Program-made: the position numbers and the translations under genes
Part shown: piece by piece, positions 45,339 to 54,567 of the stretch
Layout: every line of letters begins with the position of its first letter
Numbering within the stretch: position 1 is the first letter of the stretch
Notes under the pieces: model-generated
Databases searched by the model: none
What the model was told of the DNA's origin: nothing
Seen by the model: only the letters and a program-made list of their open reading frames with translations
Assembly (NCBI GenBank): GCA_017482195.1
Contig: JAFUNM010000046.1
Coordinates: 1,931-65,930, forward strand
Source of the DNA: Clostridia bacterium
GTDB taxonomy: Bacteria; Bacillota; Clostridia; Oscillospirales; QAKW01
Reading direction: 5' to 3'
Length of the DNA: 64,000 nucleotides

Positions 45339-46559
45339 ATGTATCATGAGCCGAGTCTTCGGATGCTGCGGGAGACCTTCCGCAAGTGCCGGATTCAGAC
45401 CCTGCTTTTAGATCCTGCCGCACCTTTGGACCCAAGAATCGATATGGGTCTCAGCAAACTGTTAGGGGTAAACACACCTCGTCAATCCGTCCTGGAATGG
45501 GTATCCCCCGTTCAACAAAACACCGTGTACCGACTGACTGATTCATTCCGCCGCCGCTATCTCTTTTTCCTCCTGCCGGAGGAAGCGGGGAATCAGGCAG
45601 TGCTGCTCATCGGGCCCTATCTACCCAGAGAACTGCCGGAGCAAAAGCTTTTGGAGCTGGCCGAGCAACTGAATCTGCCCGCTCAATACAGCAAGGAGTT
45701 GGAGGAATACTACGGAAACCTGCCTGTTCTCTCAGAGGACAGCCATCTCTTTGCGCTGTTGGATTCCTACGAAGAGCAGCTTTGGGGCAATAAGCGTCCC
45801 TCCGAGGTGCTCGATCTGGAATGGGATGCCAAGGAACACACCATACAATCCGAAGCAGAGGCCCTTGAACCGGAGCGTACTGCCTGGAATATGCAGATGA
45901 TCGAAGAACGGTATAATTTCGAGAATGATCTGATGACCGCAGTAGAGCACGGTCAGCTGCACAAGGCAGAGATCCTCTTTTCCAGTCTGACCACCGAACG
46001 GTTTGAGCAGCGAACCACCGACCCCATCCGCAATTTAAAAAACTACTGTGTCATTATGAACACCCTGCTCCGAAAATCCGCGGAGCGGGGCGGCGTGCAC
46101 CCCACGTATCTGGACAGCATGTCCTCATCCTACGCCCGCAAGATCGAGGGAGCCTCCTCCATGGATCAGCTGGAGACGCTGATGCCGGAGATGTTTCGCT
46201 CCTACTGCCGCTTAGTGCGCAAGCATTCCATGCGCACCTATTCCTCTACGATCCAAAAAACCATTTTAATGATCGATTCGGATCTTTCGGTTCCTCTGTC
46301 CCTTTCCTCTTTAGCAAAGGCGCTGAACATCAGCGCCGGTTATCTTTCCGATCTTTTCCGCCGGGAGGTAGGACAGACTCTTACCGAGTTTATCAACCGC
46401 AAGCGGGTGGAGCGGGCCAAGCAGCTTCTCTCCACCACCCAACTGCAGATCCAAACGGTGGCACAGCATTGCGGCTTTCTGGATGTACAGTATTTTTCCA
46501 AAACCTTTAAAAAATATGCTCTCATGACTCCCAGAGAGTTCCGGCAGAGCAGCCGATAA
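45339..46559 (+). CDS. AraC-family transcriptional regulator
   Basis: The C-terminal double HTH is LSSLAKALNISAGYLSDLFRREVGQTLTEFINRKRVERAKQLL...VAQHCGFLDVQYFSKTFKKY. It is divergent from GUS and upstream of the uronate operon. Confidence 0.85.
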   Translation: MYHEPSLRMLRETFRKCRIQTLLLDPAAPLDPRIDMGLSKLLGVNTPRQSVLEWVSPVQQNTVYRLTDSFRRRYLFFLLPEEAGNQAVLLIGPYLPRELPEQKLLELAEQLNLPAQYSKELEEYYGNLPVLSEDSHLFALLDSYEEQLWGNKRPSEVLDLEWDAKEHTIQSEAEALEPERTAWNMQMIEERYNFENDLMTAVEHGQLHKAEILFSSLTTERFEQRTTDPIRNLKNYCVIMNTLLRKSAERGGVHPTYLDSMSSSYARKIEGASSMDQLETLMPEMFRSYCRLVRKHSMRTYSSTIQKTILMIDSDLSVPLSLSSLAKALNISAGYLSDLFRREVGQTLTEFINRKRVERAKQLLSTTQLQIQTVAQHCGFLDVQYFSKTFKKYALMTPREFRQSSR

Positions 46560-46586
46560 TTGAGTGATAAGAAAGGATAAAAGTAT

Positions 46587-47993
46587 ATGGCGACTTTTAT
46601 GGATCGGGATTTTCTTCTTTCCAATCCCACCGCAAAGACTCTTTACCATGAATATGCCGCTGATCGTCCCATTCTGGACTATCATTGCCATGTAAGTCCC
46701 CAAGAGATCTTTGAGGACAAACATTTCAGTAATATCACTGAAGTCTGGTTGGGCGGCGATCACTATAAATGGCGGATCATGCGCTCCAACGGTGTGGAGG
46801 AACGGTACATTACCGGCGACGCCTCTCCCCGTGAGAAGTTCCAAAAATTTGCCGAGGCGCTGCCCAAGGCCATCGGCAATCCCATGTATCATTGGTGCCA
46901 TTTAGAACTGAAAAATTACTTTGGCTATACCGGCATTTTGAACGGAGATACCGCCGAGGAGGTCTGGAACCTGACCGCCGAAAAACTGATGAGGCCGGAT
47001 ATGGGCGTAAGGGGCCTGATCGCCAAGAGCAATGTGTCGATGATCGGAACCACCGATGATCCCATTGATTCTTTAGAGTGGCACAAAAAGCTGGCCGAGG
47101 ATCCCACCATGAAAACGCTGGTGGCTCCCTCCTTCCGGCCCGACAAAGCCCTTAATATCGATAAAGCCGGCTGGAAGGATTATATCGCACAGCTGGCCGC
47201 AGTCTCAAAGACCGAGATCAGGGATCTGGCCTCTTTAGAGGCGGCGCTGCAAAAGAGAATGGCTCATTTTGATGCCCATGGCTGCCGGGCCAGCGATCAC
47301 GGATTGGATCGGATGGTTTATCGGGAGGGCACCCGCCGAGAGGCCGATGCCATCATTGCCAAAGGCCTTGCCGATAAGGCAGTTACCGCCGAGGAGGCCG
47401 AGCTCTTAAAGACTCTGTTACTGCAATTCTGTGCCGCTCAATATACCCAAATGGGTTGGGTGATGCAGCTGCACTATAACTGCCTGAGAAATCCCAACTC
47501 TGCCATGTTCAAAGTCTTAGGTCCCGACACCGGCTTTGACTGCATCGGACCGCATAACGGCGCATCGGCACTGGCCGCTCTTCTGGACAGCCTCAACGCC
47601 GAGGGCAATCTGCCCCGTACTATTCTTTACAGTCTGGATGGCGGTGACAACGGTTTTCTCGACACCCTGATCGGTGCCTTCCAGAGCAGTGAGATTCCCG
47701 GCAAGCTGCAGCACGGAAGCGCCTGGTGGTTCAACGACAATCAGCAGGGTATGTGCGAACAGTTGATCTCTTTGGCCAATTTGAGCCTTTTGGGCAACTT
47801 TATCGGCATGCTGACCGATTCCCGCAGCTTTTTAAGCTATACCCGCCACGAATATTTCCGCCGTATTCTCTGCAACCTGTTGGGTGAATGGGTGGAAAAG
47901 GGCGAGTACCCTGCCGATATCCCGACGCTGGGTGCCCTGGTACAGGACATTTGCTGCAACAATGCCAAACGATATTTTAATTTGGAGGACTGA
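46587..47993 (+). CDS. uxaC: glucuronate isomerase
   Basis: The protein is 468 aa with N-terminus FMDRDFLLSNPTAKTLYHEYAADRPILDYHCH. WWFND is present near the C-terminus. Confidence 0.92.
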   Translation: MATFMDRDFLLSNPTAKTLYHEYAADRPILDYHCHVSPQEIFEDKHFSNITEVWLGGDHYKWRIMRSNGVEERYITGDASPREKFQKFAEALPKAIGNPMYHWCHLELKNYFGYTGILNGDTAEEVWNLTAEKLMRPDMGVRGLIAKSNVSMIGTTDDPIDSLEWHKKLAEDPTMKTLVAPSFRPDKALNIDKAGWKDYIAQLAAVSKTEIRDLASLEAALQKRMAHFDAHGCRASDHGLDRMVYREGTRREADAIIAKGLADKAVTAEEAELLKTLLLQFCAAQYTQMGWVMQLHYNCLRNPNSAMFKVLGPDTGFDCIGPHNGASALAALLDSLNAEGNLPRTILYSLDGGDNGFLDTLIGAFQSSEIPGKLQHGSAWWFNDNQQGMCEQLISLANLSLLGNFIGMLTDSRSFLSYTRHEYFRRILCNLLGEWVEKGEYPADIPTLGALVQDICCNNAKRYFNLED

Positions 47994-47996
47994 TCA

Positions 47997-49052
47997 ATGA
48001 AGATGAAACTTTCTTTCCGCTGGTATGGCGAGAGCGATCCTATCTCTCTGGAATATATCTCCCAGATCCCGGGCATGCGCTCTATCGTGTCGGCTGTCTA
48101 TGATGTAAAACCCGGCGAAGTCTGGCCGGAGGAAAGCATCGCCAAGATGAAGGCTGAATGTGAAGAACACGGACTGGTGTTTGATGTGGTGGAATCCATT
48201 CCCGTCCATGAGGACATTAAACTGGGCCGCGGAGATGTGGATCATCTTTTAGAGGTCTACTGCGAGAATATCCGCCGCTGTGCCAAGTACGGTGTAAAAT
48301 GCGTCACTTATAACTTCATGCCGGTCTTTGACTGGACCCGTACTCAGCTGGACAAAAAAGCTCCCGACGGCTCCACCTCTCTGGTAATGTATTGGGAACA
48401 GATGAAGGGTCTGGATCCCTTAAAGGATGACATTCATCTTCCCGGTTGGGATTCCAGCTACACCCAGGAGCAGGTACGCGAGCTGATCGCTGCCTACGGC
48501 GAGCTGGGTGAAGAAGGTCTCTGGGGTAATCTGGAGCGTTTTCTTAAAAAAGTCATTCCCGTTGCCGAGGAATACGGCGTACGGATGGCCATCCATCCCG
48601 ACGATCCCCCGTACCCCATCTTCGGCCTGCCCCGCATTATCACCTGCGAAGCAAACCTGGATCGGTTCTTAAAGCTTTATGACAGCCCTTCCAACAGCCT
48701 CTGCCTCTGCACCGGTTCCTTAGGCTGCGCCGAGAGCAACGATATCCCTGCCATGATCCGCAAATATGCCAAAGCCGACCGCATTGCCTTTATGCACATT
48801 CGCAATGTAAAGATCTTAGAGGACGGCTCTTTTGAAGAGCGCGCTCACCTTTCTTCCTGCGGCACTCTGGATATCTACGAGATCGTGAAAGCGCTGACCG
48901 AAAACGGTTATGACGGCTATGTCCGTCCCGATCACGGTCGGATGATCTGGGGCGAGACCGGCAAGCCCGGCTACGGTCTCTTTGACCGCGCTCTGGGTGC
49001 CACCTATATCAACGGACTTTTTGAGGCCTGTGAAAAGGCCATTGAAAAATAA
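47997..49052 (+). CDS. uxuA: mannonate dehydratase
   Basis: The start MKMKLSFRWYGESDPISLEYISQIPGM is typical of UxuA. The protein is 351 aa. Confidence 0.9.
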   Translation: MKMKLSFRWYGESDPISLEYISQIPGMRSIVSAVYDVKPGEVWPEESIAKMKAECEEHGLVFDVVESIPVHEDIKLGRGDVDHLLEVYCENIRRCAKYGVKCVTYNFMPVFDWTRTQLDKKAPDGSTSLVMYWEQMKGLDPLKDDIHLPGWDSSYTQEQVRELIAAYGELGEEGLWGNLERFLKKVIPVAEEYGVRMAIHPDDPPYPIFGLPRIITCEANLDRFLKLYDSPSNSLCLCTGSLGCAESNDIPAMIRKYAKADRIAFMHIRNVKILEDGSFEERAHLSSCGTLDIYEIVKALTENGYDGYVRPDHGRMIWGETGKPGYGLFDRALGATYINGLFEACEKAIEK

Positions 49053-49069
49053 ACGGGAGGATCAAACCT

Positions 49070-49921
49070 ATGAATAAGAATGTTCTGAACACCGATTTGA
49101 CCGGCAAGGTTGCCGTTGTGACCGGCGCAGGCGGTATCCTGTGCAGCAATTTTGCCAAGGTTCTCGCAAGAGCCGGTGCCAAGGTCGCTCTTCTGGATCT
49201 CAACCAAGTGGCTGCCGAGCAGTATGCCAAGGAGATCGTGGAAGAGGGCGGTATCGCCAAAGCTTATGGCTGCAATGTTTTGGATAAAACGGTCTGCTCT
49301 GCAGTGGCCGATCAGGTCATGGCAGACTTCGGCCCCTGCGATATTCTCATCAACGGTGCCGGCGGTAACAATCCCCGTGCCACTACCGACAAAGAATACT
49401 TTGAGCTGGGCGATATCGATGCCGATACCAAGAGTTTCTTTGATCTGGAGACCGACAGTGTGGGCTTCGTATTCAACCTGAACTTCTTAGGCACCCTGAT
49501 CCCCACCCAGGCTTTTGCCAAGCAGATGGTTGGCCGAGAAGGCTGCAATATTCTGAATATTTCCTCTATGAACGCCTATACACCCCTAACCAAGATCCCC
49601 GCTTACTCCGGTGCCAAGGCCGCCATTTCGAACTTTACCCAATGGCTGGCGGTACACTTCTCCAAGGTGGACATCCGGGTCAACGCTATCGCACCCGGCT
49701 TTTTCTCCACCAAGCAGAATGCCAAGCTCCTCTTCAATGAGGACGGCACTCCCACTCCCCGTACCGGCAAGATCTTAGCCGCAACCCCCATGGGACGCTT
49801 TGGGGAAAGCGAGGAGCTGGAGGGCGGTCTGCTCTTCCTGTTGAACAATGAGGCCGCCGGCTTTATTACCGGCGTAGTATTGCCCATCGATGGCGGATTT
49901 TCCGCATATTCCGGTGTATAA
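49070..49921 (+). CDS. uxuB: SDR-family D-mannonate/fructuronate oxidoreductase
   Basis: SDR motifs TGAGGILC and YSGAKAA are present. Its position between uxuA and eda matches the Firmicute SDR-type UxuB. Confidence 0.75.
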   Translation: MNKNVLNTDLTGKVAVVTGAGGILCSNFAKVLARAGAKVALLDLNQVAAEQYAKEIVEEGGIAKAYGCNVLDKTVCSAVADQVMADFGPCDILINGAGGNNPRATTDKEYFELGDIDADTKSFFDLETDSVGFVFNLNFLGTLIPTQAFAKQMVGREGCNILNISSMNAYTPLTKIPAYSGAKAAISNFTQWLAVHFSKVDIRVNAIAPGFFSTKQNAKLLFNEDGTPTPRTGKILAATPMGRFGESEELEGGLLFLLNNEAAGFITGVVLPIDGGFSAYSGV

Positions 49922-49934
49922 AGGAGAAAGAATC

Positions 49935-50582
49935 ATGAGAGAGATCGATCTGAAAATTTCCGAGATCGGCGTGGTGCCGGTCATTAAGCTGAACAACCCC
50001 GAGCGGGATGCTGCCGATCTGGCCAGAGCCCTTTGCAAGGGTGGTGTGCCCGTGGCAGAGGTAACCTTCCGCGCAGCAGGTGCCGATATTGCCATTCGCC
50101 TGATGCGGGAGGCCTGCCCTGAAATGCTGGTGGGCGCCGGCACGGTGCTGACCGCCGAGCAGGTGGACGCTGCCAAGGCAGCCGGTGCACAGTTTGTTGT
50201 CAGCCCCGGTTTTGACGCAGAACTGGTGGCTTATTGCTGCGAGATCGGCATGCCCATCTATCCCGGCTGTACCACCCCCACCGATTACCACGCTGCCAAC
50301 AAATTCAATCTGCCGGTAGTGAAGTTCTTCCCTGCCGAACAATCCGGCGGTCTGGCTAAGATCAAAGCCATGAGCGCACCCTTTCCTATGTTCAAAGTAA
50401 TGCCAACCGGCGGCATTTCTCTGAAAAACCTAAAAGAGTATCTCTCCTGTCCCGTGATCTGCGCCTGCGGAGGTTCCTATATGGTAACCGCAGACCTGAT
50501 CGACAATGGCAAGTGGGATGAGATCACCGCTCTTTGTGAAGAGTCGGTGAAGATCGTAAAGGAGGCAAGAAACAATGGCTAA
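49935..50582 (+). CDS. eda: 2-dehydro-3-deoxyphosphogluconate (KDPG) / 4-hydroxy-2-oxoglutarate aldolase
   Basis: VVPVIKL...VAEVTFR...GAGTVL...KFFPAE is typical of Eda. ATG 49935 follows AAAGGAGAAAG. Confidence 0.88.
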   Translation: MREIDLKISEIGVVPVIKLNNPERDAADLARALCKGGVPVAEVTFRAAGADIAIRLMREACPEMLVGAGTVLTAEQVDAAKAAGAQFVVSPGFDAELVAYCCEIGMPIYPGCTTPTDYHAANKFNLPVVKFFPAEQSGGLAKIKAMSAPFPMFKVMPTGGISLKNLKEYLSCPVICACGGSYMVTADLIDNGKWDEITALCEESVKIVKEARNNG

Positions 50583-51603
50583 GATCGTAACCTTCGGCGA
50601 ACTGATGCTGCGTCTGCAGCCCTATAACTATGAGCGGTTTGTTCAGTGCGACCATGCGGAATTTACCTTTGGCGGCGGCGAAGCCAATGTAGCCGTCTCT
50701 TTGGCAAACTACGGCATGGATGCTGCCTTCGTTTCCAAACTGCCCGCCCACGCTATCGGCCAGGCGGCCGTTAACTCCCTGCGCCGCTATGGAGTAGACA
50801 CCTCCATGATCGTGCGCGGCGGCGAGCGGGTTGGCATCTATTTTAATGAGAAGGGTGCTTCCCAGCGTGGCTCTGTTTGTATCTATGACCGTGCTCATTC
50901 CGCCATCCAGACCGCGGATCCTTCCGATTTCGATTGGGAGAAAATCTTGGAGGGTGCCGATTGGTTCCACTTTACCGGTATTACGCCGGCTCTTGGCCCC
51001 AATTTAGTTGAAATGTGTCTGGCGGCCTGCAAAACGGCTAAGGCAAAAGGCGTAAAGATCTCCTGTGATCTCAACTATCGCGGCAAGCTTTGGACCCGCG
51101 AGCAGGCAAGAGCGGCCATGACCGAGCTTTGTCAATACGTAGATGTTTGCATCTCCAATGAGGAGGATGCCAAGGATGTATTTGGCATTGAGGCGGAGAA
51201 CACCGATATTTACGGCGGTTCCCTGAACCACGATGGATACAAGTCGGTTGCCAAACAGCTGGCGGATAGATTCAGTTTTGAGAAGGTGGCGATCACCCTC
51301 AGAGAATCTCACTCCGCTTTTGACAACGGCTGGTCTGCCATGCTCTACAATGCAGAGACCGACGAATACTGCTTCTCCAAAAAATATGATCTGCATATCA
51401 TCGACCGCGTTGGTGGCGGTGACTCCTTCGGCGGCGGCCTGATCTATTCCCTGCTTTCCGGCAAGAACACCCAGGAGGCTGTTGAATTTGCAGTAGCGGC
51501 TTCCGCTCTGAAACATTCCATCGAGGGCGACTACAATATGGTCACCGTTCCCGAAGTGGAAAAGCTGGCCGGCGGCGACGGTTCCGGCCGAATCCAGCGA
51601 TAA
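50575..51603 (+). CDS. kdgK: 2-dehydro-3-deoxygluconokinase
   Basis: This PfkB-family sugar kinase has GGGEANVAV and DRVGGGDSFGGG. Its start overlaps the eda end. Confidence 0.88.
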   Translation: MAKIVTFGELMLRLQPYNYERFVQCDHAEFTFGGGEANVAVSLANYGMDAAFVSKLPAHAIGQAAVNSLRRYGVDTSMIVRGGERVGIYFNEKGASQRGSVCIYDRAHSAIQTADPSDFDWEKILEGADWFHFTGITPALGPNLVEMCLAACKTAKAKGVKISCDLNYRGKLWTREQARAAMTELCQYVDVCISNEEDAKDVFGIEAENTDIYGGSLNHDGYKSVAKQLADRFSFEKVAITLRESHSAFDNGWSAMLYNAETDEYCFSKKYDLHIIDRVGGGDSFGGGLIYSLLSGKNTQEAVEFAVAASALKHSIEGDYNMVTVPEVEKLAGGDGSGRIQR

Positions 51604-51613
51604 GGAATTCCAT

Positions 51614-51665
51614 AAAAATAAGCCTGTGCAAAGGGGCAGTCCTCCGCACAGGCTTATTTTTTTAT
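51614..51665. terminator. bidirectional intrinsic terminator
   Basis: AAGCCTGTGC...GCACAGGCTT is flanked by an A-run and a T-run. It lies between convergent kdgK and cca. Confidence 0.75.
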
Positions 51666-52808
51666 ATAGGAAAGAAGCAGCTCCTTTTGATTCGGAAGTT
51701 CTTCGGTAATGACCTTTTCAAAAAGAATATTCAAGGCTTGGCCGACGGCAGTGCCGGAATAGCCCAAGGCTTGAATATCTTTGCCGTCTACCGCCAATTC
51801 TTTTAAGGAAAGGCAGGCCTTTTCCTTTTTCAATTCCGCCACCGTTTGGGCATAGAATTCATCCTTGCCCCAAAAGACGGCAAGTTTTAAAAAAGCCTCG
51901 GCACCGATCCTTGCACAGCGAGCATGAACGGCTTTTTTGGTCTTTTCGCAAGGCTTCGGGGATTCCCGAATGAACAGTAAGACCTCCTTGCGAAAGGCAG
52001 TGGGAACCTTCAGGCGGGAAAGAACGACACCTGCCGTCTCCTCCCCCGAATCCATCAGCAGAGCGGCAAAGCGAAGGGTCTCTTTGGCCGGAGTACCTTT
52101 TAGCCGTTCCAATGCCCCATCCAATGAAAGCTCCGGCAACACCGTTTGCACCACCCTTCGATGGCGGTGCAAAACAGCGGCACAGTCCTTGCCCAACACC
52201 AAGCCGCAGAGCTCCGAAAAAATGCGTTCCTGCGCGATGAAATGTAGCAAAGGGGCCTTTTCTTCCATGGCAGCGGCGGTCTCTTCTGCGATGGCAAAAC
52301 CAAGTCTGGAAGAAAACCGCAAGCCTCTTAAGATCCGCAGAGCATCCTCCTCAACACGACGGCGAGGATCCCCTACGCAGCGGATGATTCCGTCAGCAAG
52401 ATCCGCCTGCCCGCCGAAGGGGTCTGCAATAACACCCCGGCGATCCATGGCCATGGCATTGACGGTGAAATCCCGGCGGGCAAGATCCTCCTTCAGGGCA
52501 CGGGTAAATTGCACCTGATCAGGGTGGCGGTGATCGGAATAAGAGCCCTCCTGCCGGAAGGTCGTGATCTCCACGCCGCCGATGGCGGTGAGTACCGTCA
52601 AAGTCCCGTGCTTCAAGCCGGTCTCAATAACCCGCTCTGTGATAAAAACACGCTTCATTTCATTGGGGAAAGCGGAGGTGGTAACATCATAATCGTGGGG
52701 CTCCTTGCCCATGCACCGATCCCGCACACAGCCGCCCACCAAATAGGCCTCATACCCGGCCGATTCCAAACGTCGGAGAATTTCATCAATTTCCTTCGGA
52801 ATTTGCAT
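51654..52808 (-). CDS. cca: CCA-adding tRNA nucleotidyltransferase
   Basis: YLVGGCVRDRCMGKEPHDYDVTT and RDFTVNAMA are present. ATG 52808 follows AAAGGAGGGG. Confidence 0.88.
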   Translation of the reverse strand: MQIPKEIDEILRRLESAGYEAYLVGGCVRDRCMGKEPHDYDVTTSAFPNEMKRVFITERVIETGLKHGTLTVLTAIGGVEITTFRQEGSYSDHRHPDQVQFTRALKEDLARRDFTVNAMAMDRRGVIADPFGGQADLADGIIRCVGDPRRRVEEDALRILRGLRFSSRLGFAIAEETAAAMEEKAPLLHFIAQERIFSELCGLVLGKDCAAVLHRHRRVVQTVLPELSLDGALERLKGTPAKETLRFAALLMDSGEETAGVVLSRLKVPTAFRKEVLLFIRESPKPCEKTKKAVHARCARIGAEAFLKLAVFWGKDEFYAQTVAELKKEKACLSLKELAVDGKDIQALGYSGTAVGQALNILFEKVITEELPNQKELLLSYIKK

Positions 52809-52926
52809 ATTACCCCTCCTTTTCACTTAAAATCATGCTCTAATGATACCATTTCATGCAATTTCTGTCAATTTTTCTTGATTTTTCTTTTTTCTCTATT
52901 TATAATGAAAGAAAGAGGTGAATTTG

Positions 52927-53427
52927 ATGCCCCCTTATGAAATTGAACGGAAATTTTTAATTCGACGTCCGGATCTTTTGAACCTCGGCAGTCTTTGCAA
53001 AGTAAAGGAAATATCCCAGACCTATTTGAGTGCATCGGAGGGGTCTGCCCGTATACGCCGCAGCCAGGAGGGCAGCACCGTCACCTTCACCGAAACGGTC
53101 AAGCGCAGCCTTTCCGCGATGCGGCGGGTGGAGATCGAGCGCAACATCAGTGAAGCAGAATACAATCGGCGCCTGGCCTCCCGGGATCCCCGCCGTCAGA
53201 CCATCCATAAGACCCGCTATTATCTGCCTTATAACGGACATACCTTTGAGATCGACATTTATCCCTTCTGGAGCAAGCAGGCGGTGATGGAGGTGGAGCT
53301 CAAGCACGAAACAGAAGAGTTCGAGCTGCCGCCCATGATCAAGGTGATCCGCGAAGTGACGGAGGATAATAAATACTCCAACCACTCTCTTGCCAGAGAG
53401 GTTCCGCCGGAGGATGAAATTACATAA
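52927..53427 (+). CDS. CYTH-domain protein (triphosphate tunnel metalloenzyme)
   Basis: The N-terminal EIERKFL (ExExK) signature is present. ATG 52927 follows AAGAGG. Promoter TTGATT (52878-83), a 17-nt spacer and TATAAT (52901-06) lie upstream. Confidence 0.8.
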   Translation: MPPYEIERKFLIRRPDLLNLGSLCKVKEISQTYLSASEGSARIRRSQEGSTVTFTETVKRSLSAMRRVEIERNISEAEYNRRLASRDPRRQTIHKTRYYLPYNGHTFEIDIYPFWSKQAVMEVELKHETEEFELPPMIKVIREVTEDNKYSNHSLAREVPPEDEIT

Positions 53428-53428
53428 T

Positions 53429-53460
53429 AAAAAGGTCGTACATTGTACGACCTTTTTATT
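53429..53460 (+). terminator. intrinsic terminator
   Basis: Hairpin AGGTCGTACA-t-TGTACGACCT is followed by TTTTT. Confidence 0.8.
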
Positions 53461-53494
53461 TGCTCCATAAAGACCGCATCATTGCAATTCCATC

Positions 53495-53725
53495 CTACAA
53501 ACCCTTTTGATAAACAATCTCCAACTCCCTGCCGGAAAGGGCATTCAACGCCTCTTCATAGTCACAAAAGCATTTCCGTTTATCCTTTGAAATTGCTTTT
53601 TCCAAAGCATTGAATTGCGCCTTATATACCTGATGTAATTCCGCGTACTCTTTGTCTGCAAGAACGATCGGATATAAGCACTCCATCATTTCTTCCGATA
53701 ACAGTTGCATCATATGATCGAACAT
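53495..53725 (-). CDS. small alpha-helical partner protein of XRE cassette 4 (unknown function)
   Basis: The 76-aa ORF has a GGGAGGAG RBS. Its C-terminal part, CFCDYEEALNALSGRELEIVYQKGL, parallels FEKYVDCLDELSCLTESELFIQAFRLG of the cassette-1 partner. Confidence 0.5.
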   Translation of the reverse strand: MFDHMMQLLSEEMMECLYPIVLADKEYAELHQVYKAQFNALEKAISKDKRKCFCDYEEALNALSGRELEIVYQKGL

Positions 53726-53765
53726 TTTTCTCCTCCCTTAAAAAAGAATCATTGACCAAATCATA

Positions 53766-53813
53766 AACCAATTTGTTTTAAACGCAAATATAACAATTTG
53801 TTTTAATTATAAT
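53766..53813 (+). promoter_or_regulatory. direct repeats and -10 box in the cassette-4 intergenic region
   Basis: CAATTTGTTTTAA occurs at 53769-53781 and again at 53794-53806. TATAAT is at 53808-53813. Confidence 0.45.
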
Positions 53814-53850
53814 ATTTATTACTCAATGTTCTAAAAGGAGCTATAAAAAT

Positions 53851-54072
53851 ATGTACAAACGAATACGAGATTTAAGAGAAGATCTGGATCTTTCGCAAAC
53901 CGTTCTTGCTAAATACTTACAGTGCTCGCAGGTTTGCTATTCCCATTATGAAATCGGGAAGCGGGACATTCCGACACAGATCCTTATAAAACTTGCCGCA
54001 TTTCATCATACCAGTGTGGACTATCTGTTAGGTATTACCGACCAAAAGGATCCTTATCCAAAAGCAAAATAA
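53851..54072 (+). CDS. small XRE-family HTH regulator (cassette 4)
   Basis: The 73-aa protein is MYKRIRDLREDLDLSQTVLAKYLQCSQVCYSHYEIGKRDIP...SVDYLLGI. An AAAGGAG RBS is present. Confidence 0.85.
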   Translation: MYKRIRDLREDLDLSQTVLAKYLQCSQVCYSHYEIGKRDIPTQILIKLAAFHHTSVDYLLGITDQKDPYPKAK

Positions 54073-54124
54073 AAAACAGAAAACCGCCCAGCGGATACTG
54101 AGCGGTTTTTGATTTTTAAGATTC

Positions 54125-54364
54125 TCAGACGGCGATCACGTTCATTGCGACAACGCAAACAACGATCAAAACTGCCAGTACGATGGTAATCTTAGAGAGA
54201 ACCGCATCACGGGTGCGGTTTTTATTTTTGCTGAAATAGCTATCGGCATCGGAGCCGCCTGCCATTGCACCCAGACCCTGGGATTTACCCTGCTGGAAGG
54301 AAACGCAGACGATGATCGCCACTGCCATCACCAAAATTGCAGAACCAAATACATATAAAGCCAT
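54125..54364 (-). CDS. secG: preprotein translocase subunit SecG
   Basis: There are two TM helices flanking QQGKSQGLGAMAGG. The start is either ATG 54364 or GTG 54373. Promoter TTGCAA-17-TGATATAAT lies upstream. Confidence 0.8.
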   Translation of the reverse strand: MALYVFGSAILVMAVAIIVCVSFQQGKSQGLGAMAGGSDADSYFSKNKNRTRDAVLSKITIVLAVLIVVCVVAMNVIAV

Positions 54365-54567
54365 TGATTTCACGACCTTTCCACACTATTTTAACACTTA
54401 AAGAATTATATCATAGAGAAATTAAAATTGCAATAGTTTTTTCAGCAGACTCCGGTTGCGTCAAATTATTTCTTTTTTCGACAAGAAAAAGGGCATCGGA
54501 ATGAGGACTTGAACGGAGTTTTTAACATTTTGCACAGGTTTTTGAACAGACCATTATGTAAACAACA

